Of a stretch of 64,000 nucleotides of DNA, positions 49,479-61,081 are shown piece by piece. The stretch is from Schmidtea polychroa. Taxonomy: Eukaryota. How positions within the stretch are numbered: position 1 is the stretch's first letter; each line of letters opens with the position of its first letter. The position numbers were made by a program, and so were the translations under genes. Location of the stretch: contig CM097885.1 of assembly GCA_044892525.1 (NCBI GenBank), positions 86,552,001 to 86,616,000 on the forward strand, written 5' to 3'. The notes under the pieces are model-generated. The model was not told the DNA's origin. It did not search any database and was given only the letters and a program-made list of their open reading frames with translations.

Positions 49479-52271
49479 TTTACTTTTATGTGCGGTTTGT
49501 CTAGTCGTCCTACTGGATATGTTTGTTTTTCGGAGTTCTAGTTGGTCGCTGTTGATCACCTCAGGCGTTGATGGTGTTTTATCAATGTCAGTGTCAAGGC
49601 ATTGTTTTTGACTACTATTGTCATCTTCGATCGTGTCTAAGAGATCAGCATCACTCACAGAATAACAAGGTTCCACTACAAGTGCTTCCTCGGGTGCATG
49701 ACAGTCAGGTTTGTTCTTATTCTGATCAATGCCTTTTTTGTCAATTGTAGTGTTAAGGCTTTCAAGAATATCTGTTATGTGATTGGCCATACCAGGTGTG
49801 CAGATTTTTCTACAAAGTTGTGGGATGCGATAAGAAAAGTTATTGTTGAATAGAAATTTCTTTTTGTCTCTAATGACAAAGAAGAGGAATCTTTTTGCAC
49901 GACTCATCTCCTTCACATCTGACTCATGTGCAGTCTCATTAATCATTTTTCCTAATTTTCCAAGAAGACCTAGTTGGACAGCCTTTTGTGGGTAAGCTTC
50001 ATCAACTTTGTCAAGAAATCTATTGACATCTCTTATGGTTTCAGGGGAAATGATGTTGTGTAGGGTGTCAATTTCGTTTGACAGCTTCCATTGTCGAAGC
50101 TTCAGAATTCTCTCTTTGCAACTAGAGAAATGATAAGACTGGGAAGGTAATGCATCGGTCATGCTGGGTGCCCAACTCTCGAAATTCTCAAGGCAGAGTG
50201 AGCTACAATTATCTATGTCTGTGACAGAGTATAACAACAGACAATTACGGATGTAGTTGTAAACATAATCGCCATATGTTCCATTTTTAATATGTCTAAG
50301 TTCACCCTTCAATTGTAGGTAATTAAGGTGGAAAATGACATTAATCAGCTTAGTTGAAGATTTTGGCTGGCGCAATAATGATTTTAATACTTCATCTTTT
50401 TCGGACATTTCGATGAAGTTTAACAAGCCAAGATTAAACATAATGTCTGATTGGCTTTCAGAATTCGATGTCTCTTTGTTATTTATTTTAATAGTTTTTA
50501 TAAGTTTACCCCCCACAAATGAGATCTGCTCGGGAAACCCTTTTTCTGATTTTAACCTTTCAATTAGCTCTATTAATTTCTCAGGACTCTCTGTGATGTT
50601 TTCAGTGAAGAGCAATTCAGAAATTTCTGGGAAGGATTTATAAAGATCGCGCACTTGCGACCGAGAAAGCTCCAACGTTCTAACCGCTGAACTCGTACTA
50701 CTGGGAGCGTCATCGCCAAGAAGGTCTAGCATGACAAAGTCACCGTCTTGATATTTTATTTGCGACCTTACTAAGTAGTCTGGTAGAGTCCCTTGCTTTT
50801 TAAGTAAGTTAAGCGCAATGTTTATTTGTTCCCCTCGAACTTTGGTGTTCCCTATGGACGAGGTCTCAGAAAGATGAGTCGAAAGAACAAACAAGAATTT
50901 CTTAATTGTTGCAGGCGCTTTGAAAAATTCGCCTCTATTATTGGATGCCGTTACAATACCCGACTCAATAATAGAGGTCTTAAAAATAACCCCCGGGCCA
51001 GTCTGAGATTTTGAGGGCTTCTTGTTGGTCAACCCTAAATTTATGTTTACGCATACATTGCCGTTCCTATAAAAATAGCCAACCAATCCCTCTATTTTTA
51101 GAGGATTGGCAACATCAGTGATGCTGCTCAACTCAGCATTTAGCTTTTTGAATTTCTGCGGGGTCTCCTTTAATTTGAGGGCCTTAATTATCGCAGGGAA
51201 AGTTTTAAAGAAAATGGTCTTTTCTTTAGGTTTTAAGACTCGAAATATATTCAATTTATTATTACTTCCAGCTTCAGAGTCATTTCCCCAAGATTTTTGC
51301 CGATTTTCAAAATTTTTCAAATTTTTAGAATTTATATTTGAAATTTGTTTATTTTGAAAATTAAATTTAGAATTTGATAAATTTTCTTTTTTAAATTTAA
51401 TTTTGCCATCAAGGTTTTCTGAATTAGTATTTTTGGCGATTTTAAAATTTTTATATTTAAAATTTTCATTTTCTAAATTGGATATGTTTAAATTATCCAA
51501 TTTAGCCTTTTGTAATTTAGAACTTTTTAAATCCTGTAAGTTTAATATTACTTTTCGAGTATTATTATTAAGTATTACTTTTAGGCCAGAACCACGTAAA
51601 TCAGAAAGCAATCCAGGATCAGCAGAAGACCCATTATTTATTTTGAAATTTTTTGGTTTTGAAAATAAATTATTTTTATAATAATTTTGGTTTTTGTTAT
51701 TATTTAATTCATTTTTACGAAATTTAGGAACATTTTTATTATTAGAAGTTAATCCGGAAAAATTTTGGCTTATGAAATTCTTTCCTGAAGATTTACCATC
51801 TCTATTATCGTAATTATCCTTTATATCATTATCTGTTCCATTTAAATAGAATTTATTAAAGCTTCCATTCTCATTCACATTTTCACAAAATGGTAAATTA
51901 CAAGAATAATTATTTGATCTACGATTTAAAGCTGAATCTTTGCTATTCATATTTGTGTTATATGAAAAATTTTTAGGTAAATAATTATTTGGACTATGAT
52001 TCAAACTTGGATTATTTTTATTCACCTTTTCTACAAATTTAGATTTATTATATAAAAATTTATTCTTATTATTAGCATAAGATAAATAATTACAATAGCT
52101 TTGAGGTTTACTAAATGGTAATTTACTATTATAGGAAGTCTTATTATGAAATGTTAAATTTTTCTTATTATCCTTCCCCCTATTGGCATTATTATCATAA
52201 AATTTAACATTTAAAAAATTCATTATGAAATCAAGTTTATAATTAAACTTACTGATCCAATCTTCAGTCAT
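49476..52271 (-). CDS. E7 ORF1, family A, 931 aa
   Basis: Near-identical to E4 ORF1. Confidence 0.85.
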   Translation of the reverse strand: MTEDWISKFNYKLDFIMNFLNVKFYDNNANRGKDNKKNLTFHNKTSYNSKLPFSKPQSYCNYLSYANNKNKFLYNKSKFVEKVNKNNPSLNHSPNNYLPKNFSYNTNMNSKDSALNRRSNNYSCNLPFCENVNENGSFNKFYLNGTDNDIKDNYDNRDGKSSGKNFISQNFSGLTSNNKNVPKFRKNELNNNKNQNYYKNNLFSKPKNFKINNGSSADPGLLSDLRGSGLKVILNNNTRKVILNLQDLKSSKLQKAKLDNLNISNLENENFKYKNFKIAKNTNSENLDGKIKFKKENLSNSKFNFQNKQISNINSKNLKNFENRQKSWGNDSEAGSNNKLNIFRVLKPKEKTIFFKTFPAIIKALKLKETPQKFKKLNAELSSITDVANPLKIEGLVGYFYRNGNVCVNINLGLTNKKPSKSQTGPGVIFKTSIIESGIVTASNNRGEFFKAPATIKKFLFVLSTHLSETSSIGNTKVRGEQINIALNLLKKQGTLPDYLVRSQIKYQDGDFVMLDLLGDDAPSSTSSAVRTLELSRSQVRDLYKSFPEISELLFTENITESPEKLIELIERLKSEKGFPEQISFVGGKLIKTIKINNKETSNSESQSDIMFNLGLLNFIEMSEKDEVLKSLLRQPKSSTKLINVIFHLNYLQLKGELRHIKNGTYGDYVYNYIRNCLLLYSVTDIDNCSSLCLENFESWAPSMTDALPSQSYHFSSCKERILKLRQWKLSNEIDTLHNIISPETIRDVNRFLDKVDEAYPQKAVQLGLLGKLGKMINETAHESDVKEMSRAKRFLFFVIRDKKKFLFNNNFSYRIPQLCRKICTPGMANHITDILESLNTTIDKKGIDQNKNKPDCHAPEEALVVEPCYSVSDADLLDTIEDDNSSQKQCLDTDIDKTPSTPEVINSDQLELRKTNISSRTTRQTAHKSK

Positions 52272-52446
52272 TTCTTAATAAATAAATAAATAGATTTTAG
52301 GTTTTCTTTAAATTTTCAAATTCTTCGCCAACATTTGTTTAGATAGGCTGAAAAAATGAAATAAAAAAAATTTAATGGCCATAAAAATATACCTGATTGT
52401 CCACTCAGAATTGAATTCATCAAAATTGAATTGTGGAATAAAAAAA

Positions 52447-52565
52447 AGTCCACAACACCTCGTATTCCCAAGCGGTCACCCATCCAAGTACTAACGAGGC
52501 CTTAACCTGCTTAACTTCCGAGATCGAACGAGATCGGGTGAACCCAGATTAGTATGGTCGTGGAC
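52447..52565 (-). rRNA. RNA5S: 5S rRNA, intact
   Basis: Matches consensus copy. Confidence 0.97.
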
Positions 52566-52753
52566 ATACAGTATATTATTTTTCCAACCAAATATTCAAT
52601 CATTGAATTTTTTTCAATTGATTTCATCGATTCGCCAACATATGTTGAGATAGGCTGAAAAAATGAAATAAAAAAAATTTAATGGCCATAAAAATATACC
52701 TGATTGTCCACTCAGAATTGAATTCATCAAAATTGAATTGTGGAATAAAAAAA

Positions 52754-52851
52754 AGTCCACAACACCTCGTATTCCCAAGCGGTCACCCATCCAAGTACTA
52801 ACGAGGCCTTAACCTGCTTAACTTCCGAGATCGAACGAGATCGGGTGAACC
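52754..52851 (-). pseudogene. RNA5S: 5'-truncated 5S rRNA gene (nt 22-119) downstream of E8
   Basis: Same junction. Confidence 0.95.
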
Positions 52852-53469
52852 GTAAAAGTTTATTAAAATAACAAATTTGAATTTTTATATACATGCGGAC
52901 AATGCTCAACATGGAGCACGCCATTCAGAAAATAACAAAGTCAAAAGAGTCAGAAGGATATCAAATAATCATAAATGTTTGAGAGTTTTTCGACTCAATT
53001 GTCAATGCTTCTTTTCTGAACTGTCCTCGGCTCTGATTTGTGGAATTGTCATCGGAACAGTCCGGCTTTGCATGACGACGATTTGTGGCAGCAGATTTGA
53101 TGTTGCTGCAACTTGGCTGACGGTCTGATCAGTCTGTTGTTTGATATTGACAGGACTCGAATGCAAACGAGGTATCATCTAATTCGCATTAACTGAATAG
53201 TACCATCTCTACAGATGACATCCGAGCAACAGCAGACTTATCAAGATTTTGATTGAGATCAGCAACCATCGGCATGCAGCATATGTCCTTTTAACATCTA
53301 AATAGTTTTTTACAAAAAGATATGCATATATATATTTATAAATAATCCTCGTACAGGGGGGAGTATCTAAAAGCTGTAACATATCTAATAAAATACTTTT
53401 ATACACAAAACATTTATAACAAAGTATTTACAACAATGATAATGCCAATAAGGGGTTAAGGCCATCGAG

Positions 53470-56400
53470 TTAATTGTTATTAAAGAGCTGGGTTTTATCC
53501 GGATCTACTAAAATGCCAGTCTTGTGAAAATACCACCGTCTGGCAGAATGTGTAATGTTGCTTATTGCACATTCTTTCAGTAAACCCTTAAGCTCAGTTT
53601 GCTTTACTCCAATTTTAAGAAGGATGTTTGGAGTTTGTGGTGGAAAAGATCCAAGTGAGCCAATAATGCAAGTGTCAAGTTCGACTTGAAAGTCTGGTTT
53701 GACAACTTGTATTTGCTTTTTCAGCGAGTCATATTTTTGCAAGTTAAGCAAATCGACATTTTCGAAGTTGTTCAGAGAATCGCATGGACATTTCATGTCG
53801 ACAAGAAAGATTTTCTTTCTGGTCATGTCAGTGATCATAAGATCAACTCGTTCCTTGGAGTTTGGTACAAGAGAACAGACATGATCCACAACGATGAGCA
53901 AATTAGAATTCTGTTTCAAATTCGAGGTGATAAGTTTCAGACAATCATTGTGTCGTTCAGCACCAAGAGTCAGATGGACCTTACATGATTGGATTACATG
54001 TGACATTGTCTCATCTTCCGTGTGACACAATCGACAAAGTCTCTTTTCGCCTTTATTATTTGGCTTTGCATTAATGGAAAGAGTGTTTGTGCGAGCCCGA
54101 TGTATGAAATTCCAGGCAAATTCCGACAAATCACTTCGGAATATTGCCTTGTTTATTTTTGGTGAAAGTTTTACTGCAGAAGCTATAAAGTTCGAAATAC
54201 AGCTCTTTTCCCATTTCGAAAGGTACGAGTCACAGAGTGCCATGTGTAAGACTTTCGATGTGGTTTTGCGAAGATCACTAGTTAGAATGCATGTGCCACG
54301 CATAGTTGTTGTTATGTATAACGATGGCTCATGATTTGTGACGATGAATTGAATTTTGATGTTGTGTGTCTTTTCAAAGAACGCAACTGCTATTCTCGCT
54401 CTCTGAAAACGAGTTTTCTTTCCAGAATGGTAGGGTTTAGACTCTCTACCATTGAGCCAGTCAAGACTTTCTTGTAGTGTTGGCTCTTTAATACCAAGTC
54501 GCGGTCCTGTGACAAATTTTAAAGAATCGATGTTAATCTTTCTGGCAAGGTCACATTTCGAAGTAAAAAGTCGGAAAAAGTGTGTGATTGTCTGCGTATG
54601 ATATTCATCGAGAAGATCAACGCAGTTTGCCCCTCCGTTTTCAGTTGAATTGTAAAAATAGCTTACTTCAGAGTGAATAGGCAAGAACATCATTTTCCTA
54701 AAACAATTTCTTAATTCGCTAGTGATGTTTACAGAGAGATTTTTGTTCTCACTAGATTTGGAAAGAGCACTGGTTTTAATTTCACGTGTTCTGAAAGCGA
54801 AGATCAAACGAGAATGGACAAAGACCTTATACGCTTTTAGTTTCTGCCAACCAAGTAAATCAGAGTCCGCAAGTTTTCTAGTATCAGAGACTGCCTTTTT
54901 AAGAGTATCATATGGACTTTGATCAGTTTCCTCACCAACCGGAACGCCAAGGTACTGATAGAATTCATTTGGCAGCAATTTCTTTATTTTGATGTCATTA
55001 ATTACGATTTCACTTTCCGATTGGGTCTTTGGAAGTTGTAAATACCCACATTTTTCAGGCCGATATACGAAACCAATTTCAGCGGCAGTTTTTACAGCTA
55101 TATTTGTGATTTTCTGTAGGTCATTAGCAGATTTTGCAACAAGAGCAATATCGTCAGCATATGCCAGAATCTTGACAGGAGATTCTCCAATCATAAAAGG
55201 CTCACACTCAGATCTAGAGACAGCTTCAAGTACAGGATTGATGGCCAAAGCAAACAAGATCATCGAAATAGGGCATCCTTGTTTGACACCCTGTTTTATT
55301 GGAATTTTCGGAGTCAAGATTGGACCACAACTATAAAATGTGCTCGTGTCAGAATATAACATTTGCAGGATAAAAGCGAATTCCTCACTTACTCCAACGA
55401 ATCGAAGTAAGGACCACATATACTCATGTGGGACACTGCCAAAAGCGTCTTTTATGTCGAGCCAAGCTATAGCAATTGGAGAGTTCTTACTGTATTTGGA
55501 GTGTTCTAGAGCTGATGAAAGAATCGAATTGTGCTCAACACATCCATCATGTCTGGAGCCACCTTTTTGTCCAACATGCAAAAGGTCATTTTTATTTATC
55601 CAATATGTCAAACGACTCGCAAGACATGAGGCAAACAATTTGTAAATGACAGAAAGTAAAGCGATTGGACGCCAAGACGAACAATCCTCATATTTCCCAT
55701 CTTTGTCAGGCTTAGGAATCAGAAGAGTTTTAAAGCTCTTCCAATTGTCAGGTATGATTTTATCGAAAATGATTTTATTGAATAGAAAGCACAGTAATTT
55801 ACCTTTGGGATCAAGGAGCAGCAAGTCTCGATATTGTATACCATCAATACCCGGACTTGTGTTGTCAGCTCGCTTGAGTTCATAAATTACTTCAAGTTCT
55901 GAAAACGGTTCCAGGTCAAGTTTTTGTTGGGAGCGTTTACAAAAGCTAAATGTTTTAGTCCAGTTTCCTTGAAAAGGTGATTTTATCAAGAAATTTAAAA
56001 CTATATTCTGGAAGGTCGGTCTTATACTGACATCTGTGTTGTTAATGATTTTATTGACAGTCCATTTCATGTCAGTCATAAATTTAGCGATTAGTTTAGC
56101 TTTATTGAGTTTAGCGGGTCTTTTCTTATTACCCAAATACGGTTTGTGAGTTGAATTTAAGCGATTTGGGAACTGTTCATTGATGATCTCAATGATTTCA
56201 TTAATGCTAATATTTGAAATTTGTTGTAGAAGTTCCTCAACCTTGGTTAGGCGCTGTTCCAATTTTAAATTAACTTCTTTCTTTTTAACGATTTTAGTTA
56301 GCATTGTATTTTGCCCTTTTTGGAGTTCTTTGATTATTGGGAGCAGTGAGTTTATGGTGTTACCTATCTCATTCAGGTTTAAATTTACAAGAGGTAGGTC

Positions 56401-58080
56401 ATTTGCATAATTTTTGATAAAAGCGCAAATAAGGAGTTTGCTCACAAGGCCAGATCCGCGGATAACATGCAGACAATCACCAATATTAATTACACGGCCA
56501 GGTGTTTCCTTGATGTCATTGATTTTATTTCGTAGATTCCTACAAATAGGCAAGTAATTCTCCATACCAGACAGAGTCGTTGGATTTATGATGTAGTACT
56601 CATCTGTGGTATAATCAATGATCAACAGAATTTCCCGATATTTTGGCGGTGCAACGATGGCGAATATTATTTGTGCTCTGATGAGACCGTCATAGTTTAA
56701 AAAATCATTTAGATGTTGGGTGCAATCTTCAAGGATTGCAGAGCACATCGTTGCATTCAATAAAATGAAATTTGAATTTAGTTTTAAGCTATCGAAATAC
56801 TTGGAAAGTATTTCTTCATTTATTTTGAAATTTATTGAGTTTAAATTTTTGCAGATCTCATTTGCCTGTTGGATTTTAGATGATTTTAGGAACTCACTGG
56901 TACTTGTATGAGATATTGTTTTCCCGAAAATTACTCTTTCAATCAGTTCAATAAAGGCACAAGCAAAGAGATGTGAGTCAGCAGATGGAATGGAAGTATA
57001 ATCGATGTTGTGATTGGGATCAAATAAGACTTTCTTGTGTGTAATTAAGAATCTATTGAGATAGTCGGTCATGTTTTCTCCTATTCCGAAAAGTCTTTCA
57101 GGTACAATTTTGTTGTGGAAATTAAACATGTAACTGTGTCCCTTATCAAGTGAAAAAAGATAAAGACTCCAATTTGTGTCGTTTGGAATGACGCTGATGA
57201 TAAGATCTATTCCTAAAAATTGTCTGAACGTCACATTTTCTCTAATAAATGTGTCGTTCTGTGCAATGACATTGGAAGTCAGTTCAGGAGAAAGAACAGA
57301 TATGTTGGTTCTCCTTTCAAAATATTTGCTAAGTAAACTCGAGATGCAGGAGTTCTGTTCCAGGAGAAATGCCTGGTTCTGGGTAGGCTTTTTCTTAACT
57401 CCATTGCGTTTGATTTCCTCCATAAACTTTGGTAGGCCGCCCCCCGAGTTTTTTTGGTGTTTGTGTTGTGTAGAAGTTTGTGATTGATGGACCTCCTTTC
57501 TAATTATTTCAACAAAACAGTCAGGAAAGCTATGCCATTCTCCGCTTATCATCATAGCGTATGCGCAGATGAATGGTCCACAATCATAATTGTTGGTCTG
57601 ATAGCCGAAGTTTTCATGTGGGTGGAACGTCATGGCTGCTTTTAGATTGAAAACATGATTCAAAGATCTTGTTATTTGAAGAGCATGTGTTTTATTGGAG
57701 AGTTTATGCCGATACTCAAAGATTGGGTCAATAAAGTAGGAAGTCAAAGAATTCTTACAATATACAAACAAGATCCAGTGAGTTTTGTCAATATTAAGGG
57801 GGCATAAAATTATTTGCGCTTTAAAAATCTCTTCCGGAATCGGAAAAATGTCCTCATTAGGATTAGCGCGTAATATTTCAACAATGAAACATTTAAGCGG
57901 CGCAAAGTTTGGGTCACTGATGTGATTTTCAAGGTAGTGGTCGATATCATCATCAGTGAACCAGATTTTTGGATCACGCGCTGGGTTTTCGCTATTCTGG
58001 TAAGTTTTGACATGATTTAATGTGCTGTCTGCATCTTTCTCATCAGAGATTGGAGCAGATATTGAGATTGATGCAGGCAC
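53470..58080 (-). CDS. E8 ORF2, 1536 aa: Ulp1-like x3, RT, CCHC, RLE
   Basis: Same motifs as E4 ORF2. Confidence 0.95.
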   Translation of the reverse strand: MPASISISAPISDEKDADSTLNHVKTYQNSENPARDPKIWFTDDDIDHYLENHISDPNFAPLKCFIVEILRANPNEDIFPIPEEIFKAQIILCPLNIDKTHWILFVYCKNSLTSYFIDPIFEYRHKLSNKTHALQITRSLNHVFNLKAAMTFHPHENFGYQTNNYDCGPFICAYAMMISGEWHSFPDCFVEIIRKEVHQSQTSTQHKHQKNSGGGLPKFMEEIKRNGVKKKPTQNQAFLLEQNSCISSLLSKYFERRTNISVLSPELTSNVIAQNDTFIRENVTFRQFLGIDLIISVIPNDTNWSLYLFSLDKGHSYMFNFHNKIVPERLFGIGENMTDYLNRFLITHKKVLFDPNHNIDYTSIPSADSHLFACAFIELIERVIFGKTISHTSTSEFLKSSKIQQANEICKNLNSINFKINEEILSKYFDSLKLNSNFILLNATMCSAILEDCTQHLNDFLNYDGLIRAQIIFAIVAPPKYREILLIIDYTTDEYYIINPTTLSGMENYLPICRNLRNKINDIKETPGRVINIGDCLHVIRGSGLVSKLLICAFIKNYANDLPLVNLNLNEIGNTINSLLPIIKELQKGQNTMLTKIVKKKEVNLKLEQRLTKVEELLQQISNISINEIIEIINEQFPNRLNSTHKPYLGNKKRPAKLNKAKLIAKFMTDMKWTVNKIINNTDVSIRPTFQNIVLNFLIKSPFQGNWTKTFSFCKRSQQKLDLEPFSELEVIYELKRADNTSPGIDGIQYRDLLLLDPKGKLLCFLFNKIIFDKIIPDNWKSFKTLLIPKPDKDGKYEDCSSWRPIALLSVIYKLFASCLASRLTYWINKNDLLHVGQKGGSRHDGCVEHNSILSSALEHSKYSKNSPIAIAWLDIKDAFGSVPHEYMWSLLRFVGVSEEFAFILQMLYSDTSTFYSCGPILTPKIPIKQGVKQGCPISMILFALAINPVLEAVSRSECEPFMIGESPVKILAYADDIALVAKSANDLQKITNIAVKTAAEIGFVYRPEKCGYLQLPKTQSESEIVINDIKIKKLLPNEFYQYLGVPVGEETDQSPYDTLKKAVSDTRKLADSDLLGWQKLKAYKVFVHSRLIFAFRTREIKTSALSKSSENKNLSVNITSELRNCFRKMMFLPIHSEVSYFYNSTENGGANCVDLLDEYHTQTITHFFRLFTSKCDLARKINIDSLKFVTGPRLGIKEPTLQESLDWLNGRESKPYHSGKKTRFQRARIAVAFFEKTHNIKIQFIVTNHEPSLYITTTMRGTCILTSDLRKTTSKVLHMALCDSYLSKWEKSCISNFIASAVKLSPKINKAIFRSDLSEFAWNFIHRARTNTLSINAKPNNKGEKRLCRLCHTEDETMSHVIQSCKVHLTLGAERHNDCLKLITSNLKQNSNLLIVVDHVCSLVPNSKERVDLMITDMTRKKIFLVDMKCPCDSLNNFENVDLLNLQKYDSLKKQIQVVKPDFQVELDTCIIGSLGSFPPQTPNILLKIGVKQTELKGLLKECAISNITHSARRWYFHKTGILVDPDKTQLFNNN

Positions 58081-58089
58081 GCACCTTCA
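58029..58089 (-). promoter_or_regulatory. Putative UGA readthrough signal, E8 (weakened stem)
   Basis: UGA 58087-58089; 7 bp + 2x2 internal loop + 4 bp. Confidence 0.55.
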
Positions 58090-60906
58090 TTTACTTTTGT
58101 GTGCAGTTTGTCTAGTCTTCCTACTGGATATGCTTGTTTTTTGGAGTTCTAGTTGGTCGCTGTTGATCACCTCAGACGTTGATGGTGTTTTATCAATGTC
58201 AGTGTCAAGGCATTGCTTTTGACTACTATTGTCATCTTCGATTGTGTCTAACAGATCAACATCATTCACAGAATAACAAGGTTCCACTACAAGTGCTTCC
58301 ACTGGTGCATGACAGTCAGGTTGGTTCTTATTCTGGTTAATGTCTTTTTTGTCAATTGTAGCGTTAAGGCTTTCAAGAATATCTGTTATGTGATTAGCCA
58401 TACCAGTGGTGCAGATCTTTCTACAAAGTCGTGGAATGCGATAAGAGAAGTTATTGTTGAATAGAAATTTCTTTTTGTCTCTAATGACAAAGAAGAGGAA
58501 TCTTTTTGCACGACTCATCTCATTCATATCTGACTCATGTGCAATCTCATTAATCATTTTACCTAATTTTCCAAGAAGACCTAGTTGGACAGCCTTTTGT
58601 GGGTAAGCTTCATCAACTTTGTCAAGAAATCTATTGACATCTCTTATGGTTTCAGGGGAAATGATGTTGTGTAGGGTGTCAATTTCGTTTGACAGCTTCC
58701 ATTGTCGAAGCTTCAGAATTCTCTCTTTGCAACTAGAGAAATGATAAGACTGGGAAGGTAATGTATCGGTCATGCTGGGTGCCCAACTCTCGAAATTCTC
58801 AAGGCAGAGTGAGCTACAATTATCTATGTCTGTGACAGAGTATAACAACAGACAGTTACGGATGTAGTTGTAAACATAATCGCCATATGTTCCATTTTTA
58901 ATATGTCTAAGTTCACCCTTCAATTGTAGGTAATTAAGGTGGAAAATGACATCAATCAGCTTAGTTGAAGATTTTGGCTGGCGCAATAATGATTTTAATA
59001 CTTCATCTTTTTCGGACATTTCGATGAAGTTTAACAAGCCAAGATTAAACATAATGTCTGATTGGCTTTCAGAATTCGATGTCTCTTTGTTATTTATTTT
59101 AATAGTTTTTATAAGTTTACCCCCCACAAATGAGATCTGCTCGGGAAACCCTTTTTCTGATTTTAACCTTTCAATTAGCTCTATTAATTTCTCAGGGCTC
59201 TCTGTGATGTTTTCAATGAAGAGCAATTCAGAAATTTCTGGGAAGGATTTATAAAGATCGCGCACTTGCGACCGAGAAAGCTCCAACGTTCTAACCGCCG
59301 AACTCGTACTACTGGGAGCGTCATCGCCAAGAAGGTCTAGCATGACAAAGTCACCGTCTTGATATTTTATTTGCGACCTTACTAAGTAGTCTGGGAGAGT
59401 CCCCTGCTTTTTAAGTAAGTTAAGCGCAATATTTATTTGTTCCCCTCGAACTTTGGTGTTCCCTATGGACGAGGTCTCAGAAAGATGAGTCGAAAGAACA
59501 AACAAGAATTTCTTAATTGTTGCAGGCGCTTTGAAAAATTCGTCTCTATTATTGGATGCCGTTACAATACCCGAGTCAATAATAGAGGTCTTAAAAATAA
59601 CCCCCGGGTCAGTCTGAGATTTTGAGGGCTTCTTGTTTGTCAACCCCAAATTTATGTTTACGCACACATTGCCGTTCCTATAAAAATAGCCAACGAATCC
59701 CTCTATATTTAATGGATTGGCAATTGCCGTTATGCTTCTCAAATCAGCATTTAGCTTTTTGAATTTCTGCGGGGTCTCCTTTAATTTGAGGGCCTTAATT
59801 ATCGCAGGGAAAGTTTTAAAGAAAATGGTCTTTTCTTTAGGTTTTAAGACTCGAAATATATTCAATTTATTATTACTACCAGCTTCAGAGTCATTTCCCG
59901 AAGATTTTTGCCGATTTTCGAAAGTTTTCAAATTTTTATAATTTATATTTGAAATTTGTTTTTTATTTTGAAAATTAAATTTAGAATTTGATAAATTTTC
60001 TTTTTTAAATTTAATTTTGCTATCAAGGTTTTCTGAATTAGTATTTTTGGAAATTTTAAAATTTTTATATTTAAAATTTTCATTTTCTAAATTGGATATG
60101 TTTAAATTATCCAATTTAGCATTTTGTAAATCAGAGCTTTCAAAATCTTGTAAGTTAAATTTAACTTTTCGAGTATTATTATTAAGTATTACTTTTAGGC
60201 CAGAATTCCGCAGATCAGAAATGGATCCAGGCTCATCAGAAGAACTATTATTAATTTTGAAATTTTTAGTTTTTGAAAATAAATTATTTTTATTCAACTT
60301 CTTATTTTTGTTAATTAATCCATTATTATGAAATTCAGGAACATGAGCGTCATTAGGATTAAATCTTGAGGAATTTTGGCTTATTAAACTCTTTTCTGGA
60401 AATTTATCAGACGATTTAAGGGATAAGTTTTTATTTGTATTTGTATGACATGAAACATTATTTGAATTATGATTTAAACCCAAATAATTCCTTTTCATAT
60501 TTGCACTATATGCAATATTTCCCATCAAATTAGAGTTCAAATTCCCCTTAGAGCATGGGAAATTATTCTTATTATTAGTTTGAACATCTTGATGGTATTT
60601 CGAAGATGAATTTTTATTTAATTTGTAATTTTTATTAAAATTAGTGGTATCCTTAATTCTATCATAATAAAAATCACTAGCCCCATGATCTTCATTAATT
60701 TTCAATTCATTTTCATTTAAATAGAACCTATCGACATTACTATTTACATTTCTAAATAAAGGAAAATTTTCACCTAAATAATTATTTAAATTATGATTAT
60801 CCTTATCCTTCCCCCTATTGGCATTAGGATTATAAAATTTTACATTTAAAAAGTTCATTATAAAATCAAGTTTATAATTAAACTTACTGATCCAATCTTC
60901 AGTCAT
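58087..60906 (-). CDS. E8 ORF1, family A, 939 aa
   Basis: ATG start; E1-like N-terminus, E4-like middle. Confidence 0.85.
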   Translation of the reverse strand: MTEDWISKFNYKLDFIMNFLNVKFYNPNANRGKDKDNHNLNNYLGENFPLFRNVNSNVDRFYLNENELKINEDHGASDFYYDRIKDTTNFNKNYKLNKNSSSKYHQDVQTNNKNNFPCSKGNLNSNLMGNIAYSANMKRNYLGLNHNSNNVSCHTNTNKNLSLKSSDKFPEKSLISQNSSRFNPNDAHVPEFHNNGLINKNKKLNKNNLFSKTKNFKINNSSSDEPGSISDLRNSGLKVILNNNTRKVKFNLQDFESSDLQNAKLDNLNISNLENENFKYKNFKISKNTNSENLDSKIKFKKENLSNSKFNFQNKKQISNINYKNLKTFENRQKSSGNDSEAGSNNKLNIFRVLKPKEKTIFFKTFPAIIKALKLKETPQKFKKLNADLRSITAIANPLNIEGFVGYFYRNGNVCVNINLGLTNKKPSKSQTDPGVIFKTSIIDSGIVTASNNRDEFFKAPATIKKFLFVLSTHLSETSSIGNTKVRGEQINIALNLLKKQGTLPDYLVRSQIKYQDGDFVMLDLLGDDAPSSTSSAVRTLELSRSQVRDLYKSFPEISELLFIENITESPEKLIELIERLKSEKGFPEQISFVGGKLIKTIKINNKETSNSESQSDIMFNLGLLNFIEMSEKDEVLKSLLRQPKSSTKLIDVIFHLNYLQLKGELRHIKNGTYGDYVYNYIRNCLLLYSVTDIDNCSSLCLENFESWAPSMTDTLPSQSYHFSSCKERILKLRQWKLSNEIDTLHNIISPETIRDVNRFLDKVDEAYPQKAVQLGLLGKLGKMINEIAHESDMNEMSRAKRFLFFVIRDKKKFLFNNNFSYRIPRLCRKICTTGMANHITDILESLNATIDKKDINQNKNQPDCHAPVEALVVEPCYSVNDVDLLDTIEDDNSSQKQCLDTDIDKTPSTSEVINSDQLELQKTSISSRKTRQTAHKSK

Positions 60907-61081
60907 TTCTTAATAAATAAATAAATAGATTTTAGGTTTTCTTTAAATTTTCAAATTCTTCGCCAACATTTGTTTAGATAGGCTGAAAAAATGAAATAAA
61001 AAAAATTTAATGGCCATAAAAATATACCTGATTGTCCACTCAGAATTGAATTCATCAAAATTGAATTGTGGAATAAAAAAA

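Larger units (their letters stand above)
45818..52323 (-). mobile_element. E7: family A element with 1581-bp in-frame deletion in ORF2
   Basis: 6506 bp; deletion junction at 48659-48661. Confidence 0.93.
52852..60958 (-). mobile_element. E8: family A element, full length, both ORFs intact
   Basis: 8107 bp; 5' junction 60958/60959. Confidence 0.95.
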
